Positions 13,964 to 26,042 of a stretch of 64,000 nt of DNA are shown one piece after another (position 1 is the stretch's first letter; every line of letters begins with the position of its first letter). The notes under the pieces were generated by a model. That model was not told the origin of the DNA and made no database searches. It saw nothing but the letters and a program-made list of their open reading frames with translations. The stretch is from Octopus vulgaris (lineage: Eukaryota): assembly GCA_951406725.2 (NCBI GenBank), contig OX597822.1:372001-436000 (forward strand), in the 5' to 3' direction. Position numbers and translations under genes: made by a program.

Positions 13964-14025
13964 AATCAGATTGTCAAAAGCCGGAAGAAATATCGCAATT
14001 AATTTCTTTTGACGCTCTAACGAGT
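13956..14025 (-). mobile_element. Residual tRNA-derived head of the SINE-C copy that seeded the satellite
   Basis: Minus strand cgttagagcgtc...gcgatatttcttccgg...tctgatttcaaatac aligns to the SINE-C head cgttagagcgcc...gcggtatttcgtctg...tctgagttcaaattc (25400-25466). Confidence 0.75.
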
Positions 14026-14036
14026 CTATCAAGTGT

Positions 14037-14370
14037 TGAGACCCCCTTTCGGTGATGGTTAACAACGGGATTGCACCTAGAAAGTTAACCCCCCAAGTCT
14101 GGGCAAGGTAGTTTATAGAAGACCAGCAGTCGCCCATGCATTCCGGCCTCCCCTCTTCACGCCACTGGTGTTATCCAAGGAGAAGGCAAAGGGGCCGATA
14201 CAGCTTGGCATCTGTGACGTCGCAACTCATTTCTACAGCTGAGTGGACTGGAGCAACGTGAAATAAAGTGTCTTGTTCAAGAACACAACACGCTGCCCGA
14301 TCCAGGATTCGAACTCACAACCTCACGATCGTAAGCTCGACGCTCTAACCACTGAGCCATGCGCCTTCAC
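14037..14370 (-). mobile_element. SINE family B, full length, with 11-bp TSD
   Basis: A box tggctcagtgg and B box gagttcgaatcc on the minus strand; TSD ctatcaagtgt at 14026-14036 and 14371-14381. Confidence 0.9.
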
Positions 14371-14835
14371 CTATCAAGTGTAATCTAAAGTATATGTAAA
14401 GACAAAAAAAAATATGTAAATGCCCCTAGTAATGCCTCTCCTGTCGTTGTCACAAGGCTTTTTTAAAACCCAACTTCCGTCTCACTAGTGACCTTTTCGT
14501 CTGCTAATGTTTCTATTAGGGGGAAAGTGTCGTCAAAATGAGTCGGAGTACACGAAGCGTGACAGGGTTTTTTGAAAAGTCAATGTGAAATCTATAAATG
14601 AAGACATTATTGTAACACGCCTTAAGCAACAATACTGCTGTTGCAGCTGTTTAGTTGGTCAGTCTGGGTTAAATAGACGCAAAATAAAATGCTCTTCAGC
14701 TATGGTCATTTCATCCGTTTTTCGTATACTGAATCTAAATCCCTGCTTTTCTACCTAATTTGTTACCCAGTCTAACATCGTGTCCTTGATCTTGGATGCA
14801 TTTTCTTGTGTTTGTTGTTGTCATGAAGATTCGAA

Positions 14836-15025
14836 GTGAAGGCGCATGGCTTAGTGGTTAAAGTGTTCGGTTCACGATCGGAAGTTCGTGAGCTCGATTC
14901 TCAGCGGTGCATTGTGTTCTTGAGCAAGACGCTTTATTTCACGTTGCTCCAGTCCACTCAGTTGGAAAACATGAGTAGTATCTGTATTTCAAAGGGGCTA
15001 GCCTTGCCACATTCTGTGTCACGCT
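14836..15025 (+). mobile_element. SINE family B head with the start of an alternative tail
   Basis: gaaggcgcatggcttagtggtta...ttgagcaagacgctttatttcacgttgctccagtccactcag...gccttgccacattctgtgtcacgc. Confidence 0.75.
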
Positions 15026-15665
15026 TGTTTGACCTTGACTAGCTGAGCATGTCTCTTGATGGCTGACGATGTGTGCATTTCTGATCACGAGCAGAAGTAG
15101 TGGAGGAACTTGAATGCCCTAATGCAGTACCAGGCAGCGGCTCTCATGGATTCTGATCTTAACTGATTGGAAGTGTTATCATCTACATGTTTTGTCTTGG
15201 TATAATAGATGGGCTGCAGCAAATATTCTGCTCAATACCACAGATTTGCTTGTTAGTTGCTTGACCATATCAGTTGAGTATGAGTCTTAGTGGCTGACGA
15301 TATGTGTATCTCTGATTATGAGCTGAAGTAGTGGGGAGCATCATAGCCATGTGTTGAGAGGGATTCTTTGGGGTTTGAATAATTCACCTCTGGAAACATG
15401 GGTGTTTCGTTTATCCTCTTTAAACAAACTTAATTCAGAGAAATTTAAAGCGGGATAGGTACTCGACGTGAAGAGAATTCTAACTGTACCCCACCTAAAA
15501 GGTCATGCGCTGTTTATCTTGATATGAGATCACCATGTCGCGCACATATGGTTGCATTGCATGTGCCTGGTGTACCTTTATCAGACGGGTAATTGTGATG
15601 GGTATACTAGGCTTCATATATTCGTACCCCAGTGTCACTTTGATGGCATGCACTACTCTCTCACT
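15026..15665. repeat. Interspersed repeat remnant, probably LINE-derived, with an internal ~85-bp duplication
   Basis: 15026-15110 resembles 15255-15340 (ggctgacgat.tgtg.at.tctgat.a.gagc.gaagtagtgg); no intact ORF. Confidence 0.4.
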
Positions 15666-15892
15666 TAATAATATTAATCTTTTCTTAAATGGTCACAAGT
15701 GCCGCACACAAAAGCAAATGGCGATACAACAGAAAGGACTGTGGGGATTTACATGTGCGTGTAAAGATTAAAAAACAATTGTTAATAAAAATTCGAACAA
15801 TAAGTTTTCCCCAAAATGGTGAAGCTCAACCCCAAACATTCTGAACACTCCGAAGGCGAAGGGCATCTCGGGTGGTGGGAAGTCATTTTATT

Positions 15893-16148
15893 GAGGTATT
15901 TTACCGAACCGTTAACCTATGGGGAGGTAAACACATCACCATCAATTGTCAAGCGGTGGTGGAGAACAAACACAGACAGAAAGACTCACGCACATAGATA
16001 TATGCGCATATGACGGCTCTTTTAGTTTCCTGTCTCAAATCCACTCACAAGGTTTTGGTCTGCCCAAAGCTATAGGAGAAGACACTTGCCCAAAGTGCCA
16101 TGCCGTGGGACTGAACCAGGAACCATGTGGTTGGAAGCAAACTTCTGA
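15893..16148 (-). mobile_element. SINE family A, partial
   Basis: aaatccactcacaagg...agaagacacttgccc...gggactgaacc. Confidence 0.8.
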
Positions 16149-16189
16149 TACACACACACACACACACACACACATTTTAATCGAAGTGT

Positions 16190-17240
16190 AGAGTATTATA
16201 CATCCATTACGGCTGATCTTACCAATTGGTTTCGCACTAGGAGTTCAACAGAATGTTAAGTAACAGTCCGATTATGTAACCCTGCACTCATCAGAGATAG
16301 CCGTTATGAAATGAAATATGGCGATTGCTTCCATTGTTGGAGGTGTATAGACACATCCGGTTTGTGGATACTGTGAAAAAGATGAAACGAATCGCGCAGG
16401 GGATTGAGTTAAGAGTTTTGTCCCTTCGTATTAAAACATCGTCTCTGGTGGTGGTTTTGTTGCAAGTAGGTAAGAGTTTTCTGGAAAAAAGTCTTTGTGG
16501 GAAATGTGTGTTTTTAAGGTTGGTATTCTTGTGGAAAGTGGAAGGTGTGTTGTGGTATTATATGTACGGCCTTTGTGCGGATGGGCATAGACATCCTTGG
16601 TCATTAGTTTGTTTCGTTTCTTTTATGTATTGGTTAAATTTGTGGAGCATTTATGTGTGCATGCATTGTGTGTTGGGGTACAATGTGCTTAGGAGCTTAT
16701 ATTGGGGGTGGTGGAGAACAGTGTGTTGGGTAGGTGTCCACCGCTGATTTTTGTATGTTCTGGTTCAACTCATTGCCGGATTCCGAAGTATTGGTGGACG
16801 GCCGAAATTGGGGTACTGGTGATTATAGTCCCGATGCTGCATGCAGGTATGATACGGTGTACTTCCTTTCATATGGACAAGGGTTAAAAATTCCCCTTCT
16901 GCTATTCAGGTAGATGCCTGGGTGCCGGGTGCTCTTTAAAATTGCTTTGTTCTAAACCAGGCCTAAGCTGCACTTCCTGCTACTATTGAAATATATTTCA
17001 CAAGACTCTTCCACATTATGGTGTACTCGATGGCGCTTTCTTTCAATGACCATACATGCTTGGTTAGGTGTATGGCATTATGTCTCTCCGGGATGTTGAA
17101 GGAAGACTTGTGGTTGTTATAGCGAGTTTTGAAGGGGCCTTCAGTTGCTCCTACGTACTTTCTCACGTTTGGTTGTCCATCTTATCCTATTGCTGATACT
17201 CTTGCTTCATATACGATGGTCTCCATGTTGCAACGGCCGT
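16190..17240 (-). mobile_element. 5'-truncated Penelope-like element (Naiad-like GIY-YIG remnant plus 3' region)
   Basis: Minus strand translates NGRCNMETIVYEARV...RKYVGATEGPFKTRYNNHKSSF, then RKCSLGL and YLNSR after frameshifts/stops; hammerhead at the 3' end. The Naiad assignment is from recalled motif style. Confidence 0.75.
16208..16305 (-). ncRNA. Type I hammerhead ribozyme (canonical core, long stem II)
   Basis: Minus strand: acggct-atct CTGATGA gtgcagg...cctagtgc GAAA ccaattg GTA agat-c-agccgt. Stem I has 10 bp and stem III is the palindrome accaattggt. Confidence 0.85.
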
Positions 17241-17978
17241 TCATATATGTGTATGTATGTATGTATGTATGTATGTATGTATGTATGTATGCATGCATGT
17301 ACATACAAATATGTCTATATTAGTGTTTCTCAACTTTTTTGCCCTTTTATATATAATTATATATATATGTGTATATATAATTACCTCGAACCCACAAGTG
17401 TAAACAAGACTTCGAACCCACAAGAGTAAACAAGAGAGACAGAGACAAGGCAGAAACAAGGAAAATTCCCCTTGTATTTGAATACATGTGTATGTATATG
17501 TATATGAATGTATGTATGCATCTATCTATATATTAAATCAATAATAAGTAATATTATAAGGTAACCCGTATACTATTATTTTGACAGTAATTCAATGCTT
17601 ATGTGGGTGTGGTACTTCTCCTATCTTGCTAGGTTTTGATGTTTGTTATAATATACTTTGCATTGAATAAAATGCAAACCTTAAACTAACCAAAGCGCAA
17701 CACTTCTTTTCAATTTGTTTTGACCGCCATTCTTTGTGTTTCGTTGACAATGCAGAATGCTTCATTGTCACATTTGTAGATGATAACTTCATTAGAAAGA
17801 TCACACGCACGCACACATACGCACACACACATACACACACACTCAATTTCAACCACATTCTTTCACCCACTTACGCACACGTTTCATACAAGTATATGCC
17901 TATATAAACAGGTGCTGACATTCAAAGCTGTATAAAACACATCTACATACATATATGCGCAGAAACATACACGAACAA

Positions 17979-20662
17979 ATCCATCCATCCATCCATCCAT
18001 CCATCGATCCATCCATCCATCCATCCATCCATCCATCCATCCATCCATCCATCCATCCATCCATCCATACATACATACATCCATCCATCCATACATCCAT
18101 CCATCCATCCATCCATCCATCCATCCATCCATCCATCCATCCATCCATCCATCCATCCATCCATCCATCCATCCATCCATCCATCCATCCATCCATCCAT
18201 CCATCCATCCATCCATCCATCCATCCATACATCCATCCATCCATCCATCCATCCATCCATCCATCCATCCATCCATCCATCCATCCATCCATCCATCCAT
18301 CCATCCATCCATCCATCCATCCATCCATCCATCCATCCATCCATACATCCATCCATCCATACATACATACATACATCCACCCATCCATCCATCCATCCAT
18401 CCATCCATACATCCATCCATCCATCCATCCATCCATCCATACATACATACATCCATCCACCCATCCATCCATCCATCCATCCATCCATCCATACATACAT
18501 CCATCCATCCATACATCCATCCATCCATCCATCCATCCATCCATACATACATACATCCATCCACCCATCCATCCATCCATCCATACATACATACATCCAT
18601 CCATCCATACAACCATCCATCCATACATACGTCATACATCCATCCACCCATCCGTCCATCCATCCATACGTACGTCCATCCATCCATACATCCATCCATC
18701 CATCCATCCGTCCATCCACCCATCCGTCCATCCATCCATCGATCCATCCGTCCATCCATACATACGTCCATCCATCAATACGTCCATCCATCCGTCCATC
18801 CATCCACCCATCCATCCATCCATCCATCCATCCATCCATCCGTCCGTCCATCCATCCATACGTCCGTCCGTCCATACATACGTCCGTCCACCCATCCGTC
18901 CATCCGTCCATACATACATCCATCCATCCGTCCATCCGTCCGTCCATCCGTCCGTCCATCCATCCGTCCGTCCATCCATCCATCCACCCGTCCATCCGTC
19001 CATCCATACATACATACATCCAGCCACCCATCCGTCCGTCCGTCCGTACGTACGTACGTCCGTCCGTCCACCCGTCCGTCCGTCCGTCCGTCTGTCCGTC
19101 CGTCCATCCGTCCGTCCGTCCATGGCGTACGTCCGTCCACCCGTCCGTCCGTCCGTCCACCCACCCGTCCGTCCGTCCGTCCGTCCGTCCGTCCACGTCG
19201 TCGTCCGTCCGTCCGTCCGTCCGTCCGTCCGTACGTACGTCCATACGTCCGTCCGTCCATGCGTCCGTCCGTCCGTACGTACGTACGTCCGTCCACCCGT
19301 CCGTCGTCCGTCCGTCCGTCCGTCCGTGCCGTCCGTCCGTCCATACCGTCCGTCCGTCCGTCCGTCCGTCCGTCCATCGTACGTCCGTCCGTCCGTCCGT
19401 CCGTCCGTATCCGTCCGTCCGTCCAATACGTCCGTCCGTCCGTACGTCCGTCCGTCCATACGTACGTACGTCCGTCCACCCGTCCGTCCGTCCGTCCGTC
19501 CGTCCGTATGTACGTCCGTCCGTCCGTGCGTCCGTCCGTCCGTACGTCCGTCCGTCCGTCCGTCCGTCCGTCCGTCCGTCCGTCCGTCCGTCCGTCCGTC
19601 CGTCCGTCCACCCACGTCCGTCCGTCCGTCCGTCCGTCCGTCCGTCACCCGTCCGTCCGTCCGTCCGTCCGTACGTATGTACGTCCGTCCGTCCGTACGT
19701 CCGTCCGTCCGTACGTCCGTCCGTCCGTCCGTCCGTCCGTCTGTCCATCCGTCCGTCCGTCCGTCCGTCCGTCCGTCCACCCATCCGTCCGTCCGTCCGT
19801 CCGTCCGTCCGTCCGTCCGTCCTTCCGTCCGTCCATCGTTCGTACGTCCGTCCGTCCGTCCGTACGTCCGTCCGTCCGTCCGTCCGTCCGTCCGTCCGTC
19901 CCGCCGTCCGTCCGTCCGTCCGTCCGTCCGTCCGTCCATCCGTCCGTCCATGCCGTCGTCCGTCCGTCCGTCCGTCCGTCCGTCCGTCCGTCCGTCCGTC
20001 CATACGTCCGTCCGTCCGTCCGTCCGTCCACCGTCCGTCCATCCGTCCATCCATCCGTCCGTCCGTCCATCCATCCGTCCGTCCGTACATCCATCCATCC
20101 ATACATACACACATCCATCCACCCATCCATCCATCCATCTATCCATCCATCCATCCATCCATCCATCCATCCATCCATCCATACATACACACATCCATCC
20201 ACCCATCCATACATCCATCCATCCATACATCCATCCATCCATACATCCATCCATCCATACATACATACATCCATCCACCCATCCATCCATCCATCCATCC
20301 ATCCATCCATACATCCATCCATACATACATACATCCATCCATCCATCCATCCATCCATCCATCCATCCATCCATACATCCATCCATCCATCCATCCATCC
20401 ATCCATCCATCCATCCATCCATCCATCCATCCATCCATCCATACATCCATACATACATACATCCATCCACCCATCCATCCATCCATCCATCCATACATAC
20501 ATACATCCATCCATCCATCCATCCATCCATCCATCCATCCATACATCCATCCATCCATCCATACATACATACATCCATCCACCCATCCATCCATCCATCC
20601 ATCCATACATACATCCATCCATCCATCCATCCATACATACATACATCCATACATACATCCAT
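17979..20662. repeat. Composite tetranucleotide array: (ATCC/ATAC)n flanks around a (GTCC/GTAC)n core
   Basis: Read directly; core at ~19030-20085 with graded transitions. Confidence 0.95.
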
Positions 20663-20766
20663 GCATATCTACATGTATATCTACATTCCAACGATTGAGC
20701 GTTGTATCTTTGTTAGAAACGAGCTCCTTCCTCTTAGAAAGAATCCAAATAAAAGAAGAGAACTTA

Positions 20767-20858
<92 letters not shown>

Positions 20859-21029
20859 CATAAGTAGATACACATACACATACATATATCGTCAAAATAT
20901 ATTAAAAATTTCTCAATGCTTCAAAAATACGGACCCCAAAACATACGCTCATTATCTCTCTCTCTCTTTCTCTCTCCATCCATCCGTCCGTCCGTCCGTC
21001 AGTCCATCTGTTTGCCCGTCTGTCTGTCT

Positions 21030-21095
21030 GTTCCCGTTCGTCGGACAGTTTTGTTAGAACGTCCGACGAACGGGAACGTGAAACTCTGAGTAAGA
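21030..21095 (+). ncRNA. Minimal hammerhead-like motif overlapped by a perfect 17-bp hairpin
   Basis: CCGACGA-acg-ggaa-cgt-GAAA-ctctgaGTA (21063-21092); gttcccgttcgtcggac (21030-21046) is the exact reverse complement of 21061-21077. Confidence 0.5.
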
Positions 21096-21128
21096 GTTTT
21101 TGTGATTTTTCTGCTGCTTTTAAATAAA

Positions 21129-21205
<77 letters not shown>

Positions 21206-21236
21206 CACACACATACGGAAACAATATATATATGTA

Positions 21237-21286
<50 letters not shown>

Positions 21287-21554
21287 CAAACACACACACA
21301 TACGCACACATATATGCTATCTATGTATGTATGTAGTACACATACAATTGAAATACATCCGATGCACACTTACGCTTTTAATGGATATGAAGACTTTAGA
21401 AGAATTTTTCATTGCCTGTTACAAACAGTGGACGCGGTTGCAGCTGCTAGTGTACGGAAACACGCATGCAGCTGCACAAATATACCAATATATTTATATC
21501 TTTTCCTTTCTTTATAACCACTTGTTACCAAATTTTCATACTGCCCACTCAGTA

Positions 21555-21589
<35 letters not shown>

Positions 21590-21592
21590 GTC

Positions 21593-22144
21593 TAAGGTTT
21601 ATCCGTGGAAAGAAAAGCCTACGGAAAAGACCACGGTAACCTCGGTCAATAACGTCACATGTTAACACATTTATTTGCAAGTAGGTAACCCTCTGTTTTA
21701 AATTTTTCCGGGTTCATAGGATTATGCTCAAGGTGGCTTCGTCATTCATACGTGCCATCCTTGCTACATTCACCCATCTTTTTTAGCAAGGATGGCACGT
21801 ATGAATGACGAAGCCACCTTGAGCATAATCCTATGAACCCGGAAAAATTTAAAACAGAGAGTTACTTTCTTGCAAATAAATGTGTTAACATGTGACATTA
21901 TTGACCGAGGTTACCGTGGTCTTTTCTGTAGGCTTTTCTTTCCACGGATAAACCTTATCTGCTTCCCCCTTTAAACTTTACATCATGACACTTCTGTGAT
22001 ACATGATCTTTTCTTTTTCTTTCCTTTTTACGACCTCTTTTGATCGAAAACCCACTTTCTGTTTTTTTTTCTCCCATAAAAGAAAAGCTCTACTTCGTAA
22101 TTTGTCCCGTCTGTGTTCAGCCCTGTGTAGCTAATAAAGAAAGA
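21593..22144 (+). mobile_element. Tx1/L1-like LINE 3' end with a head-to-head inverted duplicate (~175-bp arms)
   Basis: 21593-21766 is the reverse complement of 21784-21957. The ORF end reads (KRWVNV)ARMARMNDEATLSIIL*, followed by a pyrimidine-rich UTR and aataaa; (ATCT)n on both sides. Confidence 0.7.
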
Positions 22145-22154
22145 TATCTATCTA

Positions 22155-22275
<121 letters not shown>

Positions 22276-22392
22276 ATATATATATATCTACATATGCACA
22301 CTTAAGTATATGTGTACACGCGCGCGCATGTGTGAGTGTGTGTTTATATACACGAGCACGTTAACATATATATTCTTTTATTCTTTTTTCTC

Positions 22393-22592
22393 TTACTCTT
22401 TTACTTAATTCAGTCTTTTGATTACGGCCATGCTGGAGCACCGCCCCGAAGGCTTTTAGTCGAACAAATGAATCCTAGTACTTATTTCTTAAGTCTACTA
22501 CTTATTCTATCTGCCTCTTTCTCTGAACCGTTAAATTACAGGTACGTAAGCATACCAACAACGGTGATGGAGGGAACAAACACATACACAAA

Positions 22593-22637
<45 letters not shown>

Positions 22638-23203
22638 ACACACATTACATACGATGAGCTTCTTTCAGTTTCCGTTTTCCAAATCCACTCACAAGGCTTT
22701 GTTCGACCCGAGGATATAGCAGAAGAGACTTGTCCAATATGCCACGTAAGAAGCAAGCTTCTTATTTCTTTATTGCCCACAAGGGACTAAACACAGATGG
22801 GACAAACAAGGACAGACAAAGGAATTAAGTCGATTACATCGACCCCAGTGCGTAACCGGTACTTAATTTATCGACCCCGAAAGGATGAAAGGCAAAGTCG
22901 ACCTCGGCGAAATTTGAACTCACAACGTAACGGCAGACGAAATACCTATTTCTTTACTATCCACAAGGGGCTAAACACAGAGGAGACAAACGAGGACAGA
23001 CAAACAGATTAAATCGATTAGATCGACCCCAGTGCGTAATTGGTACTTAATTTATCGACCCCGAAAGGATGAAAGGCAAAGTCGACCTCGACGGAATTTG
23101 AACTCACAACGTAACGGCAGACGAAATACCGCTAAGCATTTCGCCCGGCGTGCTAATGTTTCTGCCAGCTCGCCGCCTTACCACGCAGCATCGCCTGTGC
23201 CTA
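22393..23203 (-). mobile_element. SINE A copy interrupted by a nested SINE C
   Basis: The A sequence breaks at agcaagcttctta (~22764) and resumes at ttaccacgcagc (~23178). Confidence 0.75.
22763..23177 (-). mobile_element. SINE family C: full copy (22947-23177) plus tandem 5'-truncated copy (22763-22946)
   Basis: Two consecutive reverse matches to 25383-25612. Confidence 0.85.
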
Positions 23204-23231
23204 TATAGACATATGCACATACATATATGTA

Positions 23232-23314
<83 letters not shown>

Positions 23315-23940
23315 ATAAATTTCATACATATTGAGATATGCAGACATATATATATATATGTTTATATGTATATATACATATGTAATCAAATATATTTTCA
23401 TACACACACATACACGTATAAATGTGCACACACACACGCACACACACACATACATGTGTACATCCACACATAAACACGTATATACGTATACACGTAAGTA
23501 TACACACATATGCACTAAATGTACTAAAAAGTGATACAAAATTGACACACCTTGATCTGGCAATAAAGGCATACAGAGAAAATTAAACAGTAAAGTACTC
23601 AGACGTAGGGTTCATCCAGTACAAAAAACAGCATGTTTATATTTTTATATTGTTTATTATTTCGTGTAGTTGTTTATTTATATTTATATATTTTAGAAAA
23701 TTAGTTTGGTTCACTAAGGTAGCTTTTGACTTTTGACAGCCGAATCGGCGCAATTAATATTTATTAAATAAGTCACGCGCACAATCCTTCTGTTAAGCGT
23801 TCTGTTCCATCAGGTTATCAACAGGATTTTGTTCTTGATATATTTGGGCCAGGACTGACGACAGCTTGATATTTTGTGTTTCGTTTGTGTGTTTAGCGAC
23901 AGGTATTCTTACGATCATATAAATATATGAGTATATGCTT

Positions 23941-24383
23941 ATCTTTTCGGTTTGAACGGCAGTTTTTAACATAATTTCTAGGTAACTAAAATATTTTAAA
24001 CTTCGTATACTGGTAGAATGTGTTTATAAAACATTGTTTTCTCTTGGCTTTCTTGAGAAAATTCTATAGTTTGTAAGATATTTGTTGTTTTTTTCTTCAA
24101 AATTCTGCAATTTCAACCAATTAATGACGTCCATTGAGGTAAACAACATTCTGTGCCGTATGAATATGTCCCTCGTTTAAGAAACAGATTGGGTTTATTT
24201 ACATTTGTGAAGAAAAAAAGATACCCTTCCCCCACCCCTAACCCTAACCCTAACTAACCCTAACCCCAACTAACCCTAACCCCAAAATTGATTGAAATAC
24301 AATAGATCGATACTAGGGTCATCATTACGGGTGACAATTTCATATGACACCGCTAGAAAAACTGCCGTTCAAACCGAAAAGAT
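23941..24383. mobile_element. MITE with 27-bp TIRs carrying CCCTAA repeats
   Basis: atcttttcggtttgaacggcagttttt (23941-23967) pairs with aaaaactgccgttcaaaccgaaaagat (24357-24383); ccctaa repeats at 24236-24283. Confidence 0.8.
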
Positions 24384-24503
24384 CCTGTTTATATATATAC
24401 GCAAAGTTCTTGTGTGTTAGAGTATATACAGACGTAAAAAAATAAAATAAATGTGCCCTTTTAAAGCCTCGCCAGGATCATATATACAGACATACGCATG
24501 TAA

Positions 24504-24545
<42 letters not shown>

Positions 24546-24555
24546 ATATATTCTT

Positions 24556-24764
24556 TTATTCTTTTACTTGTTTGACTGGTCAAGCTGGATCACCACACTG
24601 AAGGGTCTTAGTCGAGCAAATTGACCCCAAGACTTGTTTGTTTTTAAAAGCCTACTACTTATTCTATCGTTCTCTTAGGTCGAAACGCAAAGTTATGGGG
24701 ACGTAAATACACCAACACCGGTTACCAGGCAGTGATGGCGGGAGACAAACACAAACACAAAGGC

Positions 24765-24796
<32 letters not shown>

Positions 24797-24965
24797 GTCT
24801 ACAACGGACTTCTTTCAGTTTCCGCTTACCAAATCCACTCACAAGGCTTTGGTTGGCCCGAGGCTATAGTAGAAGATACTTGCCAAAGGTGCCACGCAGT
24901 GGGACTGAACACGGAACCACGTGGTTGGGAAGCAGGATTCTTACCACACACCCTCGGCTGCGCCT
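24556..24965 (-). mobile_element. SINE family A, full length
   Basis: Tail, internal (CA)n and head ending ggctgcgcc. Confidence 0.85.
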
Positions 24966-25049
24966 AAACACACCACATGCGCGCACACAGATGGATATGT
25001 TAATTTCTATATCATTCATTTATGTTTGATATATTTTTATTTACATTAT

Positions 25050-25190
25050 TTACATTATTTACATTTGACGGATATTTGTCCTCATCTTGTTTGTTGTTAA
25101 CACATCGTTTGAGCTGATCTACCCTCCAGCCTTCATCAGGTGTCTTGAGGAAATTTCAAACCTAGGTTATCATTCCTAAGATATTTTTTA
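25050..25190 (-). mobile_element. PLE terminal fragment with degenerate hammerhead
   Basis: Minus strand CTGATGA-a-ggctg-gagggtagat-cagct-cAAAcgatg; the GAAA is mutated. Confidence 0.5.
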
Positions 25191-25382
25191 ATATCATCAT
25201 CATCATCACCATAACTGGCCTGAAGACCCCGTGTACCTGCAAGCGGTAGTCAGAATAGCAAAAGACTCAATCGACTCGAATAAAATATATTACTTGTCTC
25301 TACTATGTTACTGAGTACTGTTTTTTTTTGACAGACAACACTGAACGTGAATGTGTGTGAATATGTGTGTGTATATAGATAT

Positions 25383-25612
25383 GGCGGCGAGCTGGCAGAA
25401 ACGTTAGAGCGCCGGGCGAAATGCTTAGCGGTATTTCGTCTGTCGTTACGTTCTGAGTTCAAATTCCGCCGAGGTCGACTTTGCCTTTCATCCTTTCGCG
25501 GTCGATAAATTAAGTACCAGTTACGCACTGGGGTCGATGTAAAACGACTTAATCTGTTTGTCTGTCCTTGTTTGTCCCCTCTGTGTTTAGCCACTTGTGG
25601 GTAGTAAAGAAA
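25383..25612 (+). mobile_element. SINE family C, full length
   Basis: Head ggcggcgagctggcagaaacgttag, B box gagttcaaattcc, central gcctttcatcctttcgcggtcgataaattaagtaccag, tail ending taaagaaat. Confidence 0.88.
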
Positions 25613-25686
25613 TATATATATATATGTGTGTGCCTATGTTTGTGTATAGATACATATACATATGTATGTATGTATGTATGTATGTA

Positions 25687-25751
<65 letters not shown>

Positions 25752-26042
25752 GTACATACACACACATTCTAATCGCCAGTTAGTCACCCTTTCTAATTTA
25801 TATATAGCGTTGACCAAAAGTCACCTGACAGTAGATCATAACCATTTAATTCCAAGATTTATTTATGTTTAACAAGTGAATGAATTTAATAAACACATCT
25901 GAATATGAAACATCATAAAAACTGTTCAAACTGAAGTCCTTGAGCGACACATTTTCCATTCGAGACAATACAGAATTACAGAGAGTATTTATGGAATTTT
26001 GATTTACTGTCGGTTGACTTTCGGCCAACCTTGTATATATAT

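Noticed and set aside
19030-20085. ADAR hyper-editing fossil as the cause of A-to-G in the array core
   Set aside because: Only the A in CAT changes; the A in TAC, a context ADAR favours, is untouched. CpG-related change or artefact fits better.
17884-20885. Long ORFs (up to 970 aa) rich in [12 protein letters not shown]
   Set aside because: Stop-free read-through of tetranucleotide repeats in several frames.
24236-24283. True telomere or chromosome fusion site
   Set aside because: Short, degenerate, single orientation and inside a TIR element.
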